Assembly (NCBI GenBank): GCA_014728035.1
Contig: WJMJ01000059.1
Coordinates: forward strand, 311,758 to 375,757
Source: Promethearchaeota archaeon
Lineage (GTDB): Archaea > Asgardarchaeota > Thorarchaeia > Thorarchaeales > Thorarchaeaceae
DNA: 64,000 bases
Direction of reading: 5' to 3'
The position numbers were made by a program, and so were the translations under genes. Positions 39,012 to 48,885 of the stretch are shown one piece after another. The notes under the pieces were generated by a model, which was given only the letters and a program-made list of their open reading frames with translations, was not told the DNA's origin and did no database searches. Numbering within the stretch: the stretch's first letter is position 1; each line of letters opens with the position of its first letter.

Positions 39012-39641
39012 ATGAATCAAGAATATATTATGAGAGTTCCAACCAAGGACATCGAGTATCCTTCAAAATGTCCCGTCTGTGGTGAAGATGCAGATACTTC
39101 ATCATATGTTACTCTTAATCCATCATCTTCTGGTTTTGAAAGACCTCGTGATATACGATATTATCCCGCTGAGAGATATACTGAGCAAAAAGTTGTAACA
39201 GGTATTCAGCAATCCGCCTATGTACAGCCACTTTCGAGACCTCAAAAGACATACCTTGGTATTCCTACCTGTGAATTTCATGAGAATTCATCAATTCATG
39301 AAAATAGGAAGATAGTTGTTTTGTTTTTCTTGCTAGTTTTATTATTTGCAAGTTTCTTTACAATTTTCCAAATTACTAATTCATATTTTCTTGGTCAAAA
39401 CTGGTTTCCTTCTCTTGTGGTTTTAATTGGAATATTATCGATTATCAGTGTACTCTCTGTTCTCACATATTTTCCTCCTCCGATTCAAAGGGCTTTCAAA
39501 ATACTAGATATCTCTGCAGATGGCAAGTACATATATTTGCAGCTAACTAATCAAGAATATTTTGAAGAATTTGGCATTCTCAATAGAATGCATATCGAGT
39601 ACCTCTCTCCAAAACAAATGAAGGAAGAACTTGAAAAATAG
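39012..39641 (+). CDS. Zn-binding 2-TM membrane protein
   Basis: CPVCG ... PTCEFH, then two TM helices. Confidence 0.72.
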   Translation: MNQEYIMRVPTKDIEYPSKCPVCGEDADTSSYVTLNPSSSGFERPRDIRYYPAERYTEQKVVTGIQQSAYVQPLSRPQKTYLGIPTCEFHENSSIHENRKIVVLFFLLVLLFASFFTIFQITNSYFLGQNWFPSLVVLIGILSIISVLSVLTYFPPPIQRAFKILDISADGKYIYLQLTNQEYFEEFGILNRMHIEYLSPKQMKEELEK

Positions 39642-39733
39642 TATTGATATCAGTTACAAAAAACCAGATTCCATAAATAGGAAAACTTCCATATCCTGTT
39701 ATCACCTTAGTTTCAAAATTGGTGAGATTACAG

Positions 39734-41998
39734 ATGAGGTCAAGAACACGCGAGATACTTAGAATAGTATTTGGTATACTGACGATATGTCTGATTTTGA
39801 TTATATTTGTATTAAGTGACCCTCCTTGGGATACACATGGATCTGGAATAGCCTTCTATTCTGTCCTGGCATTTCTGTCTGTAATTGCTACTGCTACAGC
39901 TCTTGGTAGAGTACGAATGGATGCGTCTCCAACTCACAAAATAATGCTGAGTGGGCTGGCATTTCTGTCACTCCTCAATATTGGTGCTGCATTATTCAAT
40001 TTCTTTGATGTATTTTCTGTAGGACATATTCGTTCATTTGGAGTATTCTTTGCCCTGCTTGAGCTAACTCTATTTAGCATTTTCATGTTGGTTGCAGGAT
40101 GGTTTAACACTCACCGAGCAAAAGAAAATTCAATCTGGCGTTCGAAAAAATTCATTCCTATTTTGATTGTTGTGCTAATTTCATTATATACCTCTAGCTA
40201 TCTTCTTACAATGAATCTCACACTTGATTTCATTTTCATTCCGTTTGGATATCTATTAGGAATCATTGCAATCGTATGTTTTCTTCTATCAGCTTATCTA
40301 CATATCTCGCAACCTAATGGGCTTTCAGATAACGATCCAATACGACTGCTCTTCATGAACATCCTATTTGTATTCGCATCAATTGTTATGCTAATCATTC
40401 TTCCAGCTCCAAGTTCGTTATGGGTTCTATCCCTTACATTTCAAGCCTCAGCTCTATTGTTTGCAAGTATTGCCATCGGCTACCCTATTCTTACTGACCT
40501 TGGCTTGAGTAAAAGAATGGCATATGGTCTCGTGATTGCAATTATTTCTCTAATCATTCTTCCATTCGTTCTCTCTCATCTGATTGAGATATGGCTGCCA
40601 TTGGTAGAATATGTGAATGTGGGGGTTTCCGTGATAGTTCATAGCGGCGGGGTTGTATTTACGCTTGTAATGGGATTCATATTATATATGAAAGCACGCG
40701 CAAAGGCAGCTTGGTATCATTCTCCCATTATCTTTCTTCTATTTTCATGGAGTATTTTTGAATCCTCTATAGTAATCTTCCACCTTTTGCCACAGTATTA
40801 TGGAATATCTGAACCCTTGGTCCCTTATGTTGGAGGAGGTATCATCTCTACAATTGCATTCTTGATTGCTATCAAGAAAATCCTTTCCACTTCCGAGAAA
40901 CCTCCAAAAATATCAAAGATTGCTCATTTGATAGGGTATGCTTTTGTCATTGCCATAGTCGTAATTGGTGAAGTCATTCAGAATCAGCTATTTGCAATGT
41001 TTCCTTTCTTGATTGATGGCATTCTTGGTGGAATTGTTCTGTTAGCTCTTGCATATGTTTCAACGTTTGTAATGATTAGTTTCATACTGCTATTAGTTGC
41101 TGAATCCGGCCAGAAGGCGACATTTGAACTAGTAGCTGCAGGGTCTCAATCATTATGGATTGTTTCTCTACTTCTTCGTGTCAATTTTTCAGTTTGGACC
41201 GCAGGATGGTGGATGGCTGAAGCGGTTATAGGTGGTGCAATAACAGTATTTCCATTCATTTTGACTTATTTCTACATTAGAGACATATCTTTAACCCAAA
41301 GGTATGAAAATCAAAGTAAGGTGTATGCACATCTGCTAAAAGAGGATATAGAATATCCACATTCACTAGCAATAGATGCAATTCATAAACTGAGTGGTGA
41401 TCCTATACTCACCGATAGTAAGTTAGAAAGTCTATCTGAAGCACTTGGTCAGATCTCTCATGCAGATGAGATGACTCGTGTTCTTCGTCTACTTATTGAA
41501 TCTGATATATATGACAAACGTGATTTCGAATCAACTAATCTTGTGAATAGCATTCGTGACGCATTTGAACAACTCCAAGCATCTAATCCTCAAAGACGAC
41601 TAGAATTGAAATTGGAATGTATTCCAGGTGAATGCTCTGTTAGGAGTGATCATCTTCTTTCAACCTCTCTATACTATTTAATGGATGGTATCGTTCAACG
41701 TGCAGAATTAATTACTACCTTTGAAGTTATTATTGACCAACATCCAAAACAATCTGAAATGTGGAGCGTTCAAATCAAAGTAGATATGTCTGGGGAGACT
41801 CTTGAACAACGTCAGAATCTTCTGCGTAGATACATTATTTCTGTGTCTTCTGGGGGATATGAATTCTTATTGATGCGTCGATTGATACGAATGATCGGTG
41901 GCAAAATCAATATGGAAACTCCTTCGGATTCAGAATCAAATGAACTTCTGTTTACTATATTACTTCCAATCGCAGAAGATGCAGAAAGTCCAATCTAG
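39734..41998 (+). CDS. Polytopic membrane sensor with degenerate histidine-kinase-like C-terminus
   Basis: ~15 TM, then HisKA/HATPase-like remnants (LMRRLIRMIGGKI, FTILLP). Confidence 0.7.
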   Translation: MRSRTREILRIVFGILTICLILIIFVLSDPPWDTHGSGIAFYSVLAFLSVIATATALGRVRMDASPTHKIMLSGLAFLSLLNIGAALFNFFDVFSVGHIRSFGVFFALLELTLFSIFMLVAGWFNTHRAKENSIWRSKKFIPILIVVLISLYTSSYLLTMNLTLDFIFIPFGYLLGIIAIVCFLLSAYLHISQPNGLSDNDPIRLLFMNILFVFASIVMLIILPAPSSLWVLSLTFQASALLFASIAIGYPILTDLGLSKRMAYGLVIAIISLIILPFVLSHLIEIWLPLVEYVNVGVSVIVHSGGVVFTLVMGFILYMKARAKAAWYHSPIIFLLFSWSIFESSIVIFHLLPQYYGISEPLVPYVGGGIISTIAFLIAIKKILSTSEKPPKISKIAHLIGYAFVIAIVVIGEVIQNQLFAMFPFLIDGILGGIVLLALAYVSTFVMISFILLLVAESGQKATFELVAAGSQSLWIVSLLLRVNFSVWTAGWWMAEAVIGGAITVFPFILTYFYIRDISLTQRYENQSKVYAHLLKEDIEYPHSLAIDAIHKLSGDPILTDSKLESLSEALGQISHADEMTRVLRLLIESDIYDKRDFESTNLVNSIRDAFEQLQASNPQRRLELKLECIPGECSVRSDHLLSTSLYYLMDGIVQRAELITTFEVIIDQHPKQSEMWSVQIKVDMSGETLEQRQNLLRRYIISVSSGGYEFLLMRRLIRMIGGKINMETPSDSESNELLFTILLPIAEDAESPI

Positions 41999-42006
41999 CC
42001 CAATCG

Positions 42007-42852
42007 CTATGAGATATGTCTTTGGATAAGCTCGGTTATTAACTCTGCAATCATAAGAGCTCCGGTTGAATTAAGATGAAGATAGTCCGCATGAAGCTGA
42101 AATCCGCTATCTTCAGCTATTCTATCCCATGATCGTCGTAACAAGTATCTCTTTAGCACTCCCTTTGCAATCTCAATGTATGAATCTCCGTATTCATAAT
42201 TCGGACTGCTTGGGTTATCTTCTAGATATTTCTCCATTTCTTCATGAAGTGCAAGATATTCTACTCCATGTTTCTGGGCAAGTTCCTTAATGGTGATACT
42301 ATATGCCCGACTTTGTTTACACTCTGTTGAATCAAGATCTTCACCAATTGTCGGTATTGAGAGAATGGCAATGAATGAATCTGTTTTTGTTTTTAGCTGC
42401 CTAATAATTTTCGAAAGATTTGATTTGAACCAAGCATGGTCTGGCTCTTGCGGTAGATTCATTCTCTTAATTGCACGACTTCTATTCTTTGGGGTCAGAG
42501 CGTCATTTGCATCATTTGTACCAATCAAGATTGTAACTACATCTGGATCGCAAGCAATAATTTCGTCTAATCGTTGGAGGAGATTCCATGTCAATTGGCC
42601 ATTTATTCCTGCATTTATGAACTCGAATCTGGAATTGTTTAATTCTCTCGAAACGAATTTTATGTAATTTTCTCCAATTCTTCCATGAGTTATACTATCT
42701 CCCGCAAAAACAATTACCGATTTGTTGCCCTTTTCCTTCTTCTTCAAATATTCACTTGGCGTATTATCTGGTTTTTTCGTTCCTTGATAAAATGCATTTA
42801 GTAGTGCAATAGACATGATGATACTGAAAAGGATTAACACAAGCTCTAGCAT
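42007..42852 (-). CDS. SGNH/GDSL hydrolase
   Basis: GDSITHG, NAGING, IGTND, DYLHLN. Confidence 0.92.
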   Translation of the reverse strand: MLELVLILFSIIMSIALLNAFYQGTKKPDNTPSEYLKKKEKGNKSVIVFAGDSITHGRIGENYIKFVSRELNNSRFEFINAGINGQLTWNLLQRLDEIIACDPDVVTILIGTNDANDALTPKNRSRAIKRMNLPQEPDHAWFKSNLSKIIRQLKTKTDSFIAILSIPTIGEDLDSTECKQSRAYSITIKELAQKHGVEYLALHEEMEKYLEDNPSSPNYEYGDSYIEIAKGVLKRYLLRRSWDRIAEDSGFQLHADYLHLNSTGALMIAELITELIQRHIS

Positions 42853-43021
42853 CAGATTTTCCTTCCTTGCTTTTTCATGTCAAAATAATTTACCAACAGC
42901 AATGCAGAATCAATCTCTTTTGAATGTAATGTCTTACTTTATTAGAGAATTCTATAAATAACACTCCTATCATTGTCAGAAACAAACATTTGATATTGTA
43001 TTTTGTAAAGGTTCAATTACC

Positions 43022-44332
43022 TTGACTGATCATTCTCCAAAGGCTTTGTGTCCAAAATGTGGCAAGCTAGTTCCATCTCAAGAAGTTGTTGACGCAGGAT
43101 GTGTGTATTTAGAACATAACTGTCCTCAACATGGAACCTACAGAAACCTAATTTCTACCGATAGTGAATATTGGGAATGGTCAAGATCCTATGACCGCCC
43201 TGGCACACAACCTGTTGTATGGTCCTCAACTATAGAAAAAGGATGTCCTCATGATTGTGGTATTTGCCCTGATCACGAACAGCATAGTTGTGTTGGAATT
43301 ATAGAGATAACTGGAAAGTGTAACCTGCAGTGTGATGTCTGTTTTGCAGCGAGTCCATTTGGCAATCATGTTTCCTATGATTCTATTGTTGATATGATTA
43401 ATGCTTTTGTTTCATACGAGAGTCAACCAGAAATCCTTCAGCTTAGTGGTGGTGAACCAACATTACACCCCGATTTGGTTGAGATTGTAAAATATGCAAA
43501 ATCTCTTGGAATTGGTGATGTCACTATCTCTACTAATGGCATTAAACTGCTTGATGAAGATTTTAGTCGAGAACTTGCAAAGGTTGACCCAGTCATCTAT
43601 CTACAGTTTGACACTTTCAAACCTGAGGTATCCAAAATGATGCGATGCCGAGACTTGATAGATGAAAAACAAAGAGTTGTTGAGATTTGTAATGAATTTT
43701 CAATGACCACGGTTCTTGTTCCCACTATTGTAAAAGGATTGAATGATGATGAAATCGGTGACCTAGCTAGATATGCTCTATCACAGGAAAAGGTGTTTGG
43801 CATCAACTTCCAGCCGGTTGCCTTTACAGGACGTACGACATTGGAAGATGCCCGTTCACTTACTATTCCAGAAGTATTGAAAAAACTGGAAGAACAGTCA
43901 GATAATTTATTCAAAACCTCTGATTTTCGTCCAATTCCCTGTCCACATGCACACTGTACTGCAATATCGTATTTTCTTGCAGAAGAGAGCGGGTTTTCAC
44001 CGCTTGCAGAATTAGTTGCTATTGATGACTATATTGACTATGCTCGAGATCGAACTTTGGTAAGTGAAGCAATCCTAAAAGAAAAGGCATTTGAGACCCT
44101 CTTTTCTTCAAGTGCTGTTCCGGGTACAGAAAAGAATCTTGAAGCTTTTTGCGAAGCATGCGGAATTGCTATTCCCAATCTCAGTGGAAATATAGTGAAG
44201 ATGATAGCAGTTCATGCCTTCATGGATCGTCAAACATATCAATTAGAACGAGCGAGAAAATGTTGCATTCATGTGATTCAACCAGATGGGAGGATGATTC
44301 CTTTCTGCAATTTCAATCTCTTTCACAGATAA
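43022..44332 (+). CDS. Radical SAM protein, MJ0619/tetraether synthase (Tes) family
   Basis: CPKC, CPQHG, GCPHDCGICPDH, CNLQCDVCFA, SGGEPT, NFQP, CCIH, IPFCNFN. Confidence 0.85.
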   Translation: MTDHSPKALCPKCGKLVPSQEVVDAGCVYLEHNCPQHGTYRNLISTDSEYWEWSRSYDRPGTQPVVWSSTIEKGCPHDCGICPDHEQHSCVGIIEITGKCNLQCDVCFAASPFGNHVSYDSIVDMINAFVSYESQPEILQLSGGEPTLHPDLVEIVKYAKSLGIGDVTISTNGIKLLDEDFSRELAKVDPVIYLQFDTFKPEVSKMMRCRDLIDEKQRVVEICNEFSMTTVLVPTIVKGLNDDEIGDLARYALSQEKVFGINFQPVAFTGRTTLEDARSLTIPEVLKKLEEQSDNLFKTSDFRPIPCPHAHCTAISYFLAEESGFSPLAELVAIDDYIDYARDRTLVSEAILKEKAFETLFSSSAVPGTEKNLEAFCEACGIAIPNLSGNIVKMIAVHAFMDRQTYQLERARKCCIHVIQPDGRMIPFCNFNLFHR

Positions 44333-44353
44333 GTGGTTTGGGAGTGTGATAAG

Positions 44354-45136
44354 ATGTATGAGAAGGAACTTGGTCAGTGTTGTGCAGATTTCTATAATCA
44401 TCCGGTAGTAAAGCACCTCCTTGATGGTGTATTTCATCCGGGTGGAGTTGCTCTTACGAAACTAATGGCAAAGGAGATGGGTATTGATTCTACTTCACGA
44501 GTTCTTGATATCGCCTGTGGAGATGGCATGAGTGCTGCTTTTCTGGCAAAGACACTGAAATGCCATGTCACTGGGATTGATGTAGGTTCTGATATGATTA
44601 GACAGGCAATAGAGAGGTCTCAGAATATGGGTGTTGGTGATTTGACAAACTTTCAGACTTCTCTTGCAACCGAACTTCCATTTCGGACTGGATATTTTTC
44701 CGCTGTCTATAGTGAGTGTGCACTTTGTACATTTCCTGACAAGGAAACTGCGGTGTCAGAAATCCTTAGGGTCTTGGCTGAAGATGGAGTTGTTGGAATC
44801 AGTGATGTTGTAATCTCTGATTATGATTTACTTGATACTGATTTACAGGGTCTATTTGGACAAGTTTCCTGTATTGCTGGTGCTTTATCAGCTGAAGATT
44901 ATATCTCACTCTTTAAGAATGAAGGTTGTCGACTTCTAACGACCTCTAATCATAGTGAACAACTTGAAGTGATGGCTAGACAAGCAGTTGGCAAAGCAAA
45001 ACTCTCTGTAAGTCTTAGTTCTATTGATTCTGATATCAAAGAGAAATATAGGACCGCTTTGGATTTATTGGAATCTATTATATGTCAAATAAAAGATGGC
45101 GTTATCGGCTATCACATCTTCATCTTTCAGAAATAG
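44354..45136 (+). CDS. Class I SAM methyltransferase, ArsM-like
   Basis: GQCCADFY, HPGG, VLDIACGDG, ECALC, SCIAGAL. Confidence 0.8.
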   Translation: MYEKELGQCCADFYNHPVVKHLLDGVFHPGGVALTKLMAKEMGIDSTSRVLDIACGDGMSAAFLAKTLKCHVTGIDVGSDMIRQAIERSQNMGVGDLTNFQTSLATELPFRTGYFSAVYSECALCTFPDKETAVSEILRVLAEDGVVGISDVVISDYDLLDTDLQGLFGQVSCIAGALSAEDYISLFKNEGCRLLTTSNHSEQLEVMARQAVGKAKLSVSLSSIDSDIKEKYRTALDLLESIICQIKDGVIGYHIFIFQK

Positions 45137-45794
45137 ATCTCTTTCTGAAAAGGCATTCATAAAACAGGCCAGAATAGATTAGATTCTCACTAACTAATTC
45201 AAACATATTTGAGGCTATTTCTCTTACAGGAACTGAATATGTTTCTTCATTCCCTCCTAGCTTGGTGGATAAGAAGATAGCAAGTGGATTGAAAACCTCT
45301 AACATCCCATCAAACTTTTGGCAATCCAGTAACATCACGAGTCCATCCGTTTTCAATACTTTTCTAATCTCTTTCAACACGGTCGGTGAATCTGGAATTA
45401 TTGATAGAGAATATGTGGAAACAACAAGGTCGAACTCATCTCTCAAGACCTTGGTCATCTTTTTTGCATCTACTAGCTTCAGACTGATGTCATGCCAATT
45501 ATTTTCCTTAATTCTCTTCTTAGCTCTCGCTAACATCTGTGGAGTGTAATCTATTCCGACTATCTCTTGATAATCTGGATAACGCTTAATCAAATGAGAG
45601 AAATTAGCTCCAGTACCACATGCAACATCAAGCATCTTGGGTGAAGTTAGACCTGGAAGTCGCTCGAACGCCTCAGTTCGCCATTTTGATAATCTCACTC
45701 CCAATATCTTGTATATTCCAAGAATGATCTCATATCTTCTAGCGGTTTCACTATAGATCCGTCTAATATCCTCATTTCTGATTGATCTCTTCAA
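45120..45794 (-). CDS. Class I SAM methyltransferase, PmtA/UbiE-like
   Basis: LDVACGTGANF, GIDYTPQML, FDLVVSTYSLSIIPD. Confidence 0.85.
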   Translation of the reverse strand: MKRSIRNEDIRRIYSETARRYEIILGIYKILGVRLSKWRTEAFERLPGLTSPKMLDVACGTGANFSHLIKRYPDYQEIVGIDYTPQMLARAKKRIKENNWHDISLKLVDAKKMTKVLRDEFDLVVSTYSLSIIPDSPTVLKEIRKVLKTDGLVMLLDCQKFDGMLEVFNPLAIFLSTKLGGNEETYSVPVREIASNMFELVSENLIYSGLFYECLFRKRSISER

Positions 45795-45805
45795 TCATGC
45801 CATCT

Positions 45806-46528
45806 CTATTCGATTTTGTGGACTGTTGATGAGAAACAATGGACTATACCATAAGTGTGCAAGAACTTCACAGTGGTTTCTATTAATTTGGTGTCATGCG
45901 TTTTTAGTTTTTCATCTGCTAATATTTCCGAAGGATGTTTTTTCTCCTCCAAGATATCACATAATCTAACAAGATCGTCCATTGGGAGATTAAGCATATC
46001 TTTCATAGGGGATAAAAGAAAATAATTTGCAAATAGCTTGTTTCCCTTCCACCTCTCATTCTGATGGGATGCTAATTGGAAAGTATGTTTCTCGTCCCAA
46101 ATGAAGACATCATCTTGTTGTGCGAATATTGTTCTTCCACTCTTTGCAATAATCTCATCCAATTTTGCTGTACGTTCACTGGTAATCTCACCAATATCAT
46201 CCAGAAACCCCTCGTCTTCAATGATATCTCCAATTTTTTGCAATTCTTGTCTAGATCTATTGAAGAATTCTGAACTGGCATCATCTGTTAGAAGTACAAC
46301 TAAGCTATTTTCTGTTCGAACGTAAACCAAGTCATATGCTCGGAATCTTATTGTGTCCAAGGCTCCGTCTTCTTCTAACCCCAAGCTCAAACCAACATTC
46401 TCGATTGCTGATAGAAGCCCTCCAAATAGTGCATCGTCGATTTGCAGTTTTCCAGTCCCGACGTGCGCAATTGGCAATCCACTCTTATGGATTACAAACA
46501 ATTCATTTATGCCTTTGACTTTACTCAT
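45806..46528 (-). CDS. Longin/roadblock-like domain plus C-terminal winged-helix-like domain
   Basis: LFVIHKSGLPI...DDALFGGLLSAI; C-terminal HPSEIL...VKFLHTYGIV. Confidence 0.7.
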   Translation of the reverse strand: MSKVKGINELFVIHKSGLPIAHVGTGKLQIDDALFGGLLSAIENVGLSLGLEEDGALDTIRFRAYDLVYVRTENSLVVLLTDDASSEFFNRSRQELQKIGDIIEDEGFLDDIGEITSERTAKLDEIIAKSGRTIFAQQDDVFIWDEKHTFQLASHQNERWKGNKLFANYFLLSPMKDMLNLPMDDLVRLCDILEEKKHPSEILADEKLKTHDTKLIETTVKFLHTYGIVHCFSSTVHKIE

Positions 46529-47536
46529 TTAGTTCCCCTCTTTTTCTGCAATTATCCAATTATCTCCAATAGTTTGTATTATGAGTCCATAAGTTGCAAA
46601 GACTCTCTCAATGTAATCACGGTCAAGTGGTTGTGGATACCCCTCAATAGTCTGCATCAAAATATACGCTGGACTACTCAGTGTTTCACCTTGAGGGAGT
46701 ATTGGATCATTTGTAATTATCTTAGCTCCCGGTCGTAAGTATGATGAAACGATTTCAACACGATTCTCAAGAGTGTCATGATCATATGCAAATAGTTCCT
46801 CTCCATAGATTAAATCCAAGTGTGCATCAATACTTCTTCCAAGGAGATCTGTTGTCAATTTCTCAAGTATTGTACTTTCAGACGAGAGTCTAAGAACCGA
46901 TGTTAATGGTGAGAGCCATCTATAGTTCTGCATGAAAAGATGAATCCGTTTTGGAGAGAGTATGTCTTGTATCTGTTTTAGTGTATATGGTAAACCAACA
47001 TCTGCGAAAGCAGCTACACCAACCTCGGTTGGATTCTTAGGAGCAAATGATTTCAGAAGAACTGCTCGTCCTTTCTCTGTTAGTGTGCTACTAAATACTG
47101 ACTCCAATACTATTCTTGGAACTTGGTCTAATTCTACATTTTGACCTCTGAGAGCAGCTGGCAGATATTGAGCACAGTCATAATAGAAGTTTGTAAGAAC
47201 CGTACCAATATCCTCAGGTCTAATTGGGGACGTCTTTACTTCCTTGATCTGATAGATTCCATCTTTCTCTTGTAAAATATCCTCTTCTTTCATGAGTCTC
47301 AATATTTGATTTAACAATGGAATATTGGTATACTCATATTCTTTGGCTAAATCCTCTGGTGCCATTGGTTTAGATAAAGACACCATCCATCCTTCTGACA
47401 GAATCGTATTGATAATCAATCGAAGAGCGATTTCTTCTGACTCTTTATACTCTGCATATGCCTGTCTAAGGTCCGAATCAGTTAGATACTTTCCAACTTT
47501 TAACAGACCAAATTTTGTTCCTCTAAATCGCTCCAT
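46529..47536 (-). CDS. Winged-helix plus degenerate methyltransferase-fold protein
   Basis: PEDLAKE...LLNQILRLM...DIL wHTH; LDLIY and YLRPGAKII retained, SAM motif I absent. Confidence 0.6.
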   Translation of the reverse strand: MERFRGTKFGLLKVGKYLTDSDLRQAYAEYKESEEIALRLIINTILSEGWMVSLSKPMAPEDLAKEYEYTNIPLLNQILRLMKEEDILQEKDGIYQIKEVKTSPIRPEDIGTVLTNFYYDCAQYLPAALRGQNVELDQVPRIVLESVFSSTLTEKGRAVLLKSFAPKNPTEVGVAAFADVGLPYTLKQIQDILSPKRIHLFMQNYRWLSPLTSVLRLSSESTILEKLTTDLLGRSIDAHLDLIYGEELFAYDHDTLENRVEIVSSYLRPGAKIITNDPILPQGETLSSPAYILMQTIEGYPQPLDRDYIERVFATYGLIIQTIGDNWIIAEKEGN

Positions 47537-48267
47537 TACTTAATGCTCTCCGATTCGTTAGTTAGATTCAGTGACCAATCATAATCGATGTATTTAATCT
47601 CTATCTCTTCTCTGTTTTCTTGAATAAATCTCTGTTTATCCTCATCAATATATTGCATAATAAAATCAATCATTGATTCACCATTTTGCTTAAAGTCGTC
47701 TTCATACCACTTGAATATCATACTTAGAAAGAGTATGCATTCTTCTTGGTCGAGTTTCAGACCTTTTGAACTTTTCAAATACAATTCAGTTGCTTGGTCT
47801 AGTTCATCATCAAGATTCTCTGCACTATACAAACCATCTTTCAGAGCAGGACACCCTTGTGATGAACAATTTAATGCAAAGTGAATTCTTGGGTCTTGGA
47901 ACTCTTTTCTGATTTTATTCTCAATATCTCGCAGAGTATACTTCTTCCCGCCCACAACGAATTTCTGTAATGCAAAGAACCTAACCCGTTGAATCCAGCT
48001 ACTATTACCTTCTTCAGCATATTCTGGGTCGTTTTTCAATTTCTTAACAACACCAGCAATCGAAAGAGCATTATAACAATTAATCCAGAAGGCAAGTTGT
48101 TCATTTTTTGTTTCTAGTTGCTTGGTATCGAATTCTTTCAATGATTCTGCATATTGTACAATTGCAGCATCTCCCATAAGAGCAAAATAGTCAATATTGC
48201 CATCAATACCTCGATATCTCTCCAATATGCCCTGAAGTGTTTGAGACAGCATTCCTTTGTTTTTCAT
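47536..48267 (-). CDS. DUF547-domain protein
   Basis: LAFWINCYNAL, DPRIHFALNCSSQGCPAL, LSMIFKWY..DF, YDWSLN. Confidence 0.92.
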   Translation of the reverse strand: MKNKGMLSQTLQGILERYRGIDGNIDYFALMGDAAIVQYAESLKEFDTKQLETKNEQLAFWINCYNALSIAGVVKKLKNDPEYAEEGNSSWIQRVRFFALQKFVVGGKKYTLRDIENKIRKEFQDPRIHFALNCSSQGCPALKDGLYSAENLDDELDQATELYLKSSKGLKLDQEECILFLSMIFKWYEDDFKQNGESMIDFIMQYIDEDKQRFIQENREEIEIKYIDYDWSLNLTNESESIK

Positions 48268-48350
48268 TTTCAGACCTCAGAAAAGTTTCATTTGGTTGAA
48301 CTATTATTGAAAATAATTGGACGATCAACCAGAATGGTTGATCCTTTAGA

Positions 48351-48719
48351 CTATAAACCCCATTTAGACCAATCAAGAATCATTATCAGGAAGGTTATGC
48401 CGCCCAACACGACTTTGAGTGTATTCAGAAAGTCACCGAGTTGTGGAACTGAAGCCATCGCATCTGGGAAGAATGGGAGTATACCCATGAACAATAAAAT
48501 CAATCCGATTGCGATTAGCCAAATCTTGCCATTTAGCATCTCTATGTCTGTTTCAAGAAATGCTACAACAAGTGTAATCATCGCGACTATAATTTTCACA
48601 ATACTAAGGGGGATTCCCGGAATAGCTTGAGCAATTTCGGGTATCAAAGAAATAGCTCCAACAATAATCAAAGTTATTCCATTGATCCACATCCACGCTT
48701 TGGTTCCTAACAAATTCAT
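48351..48719 (-). CDS. 4-TM membrane protein with internal duplication
   Basis: Two similar W..G..LI..G....P...P....K....IT halves. Confidence 0.7.
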   Translation of the reverse strand: MNLLGTKAWMWINGITLIIVGAISLIPEIAQAIPGIPLSIVKIIVAMITLVVAFLETDIEMLNGKIWLIAIGLILLFMGILPFFPDAMASVPQLGDFLNTLKVVLGGITFLIMILDWSKWGL

Positions 48720-48885
48720 TTCCAATACCAACTTTACAATAGTTAATTTACGATGGTTACAATCCGTAATAAACCTTTGTGAAAAATGTCTATCAGAATA
48801 TTATGCTGTTCTTTTTGGGATTATCTTGACTCATATCAGATTCTTTTTTCTATGCGTTTGTATAATCTTCATAGTGGTGCAAGTA

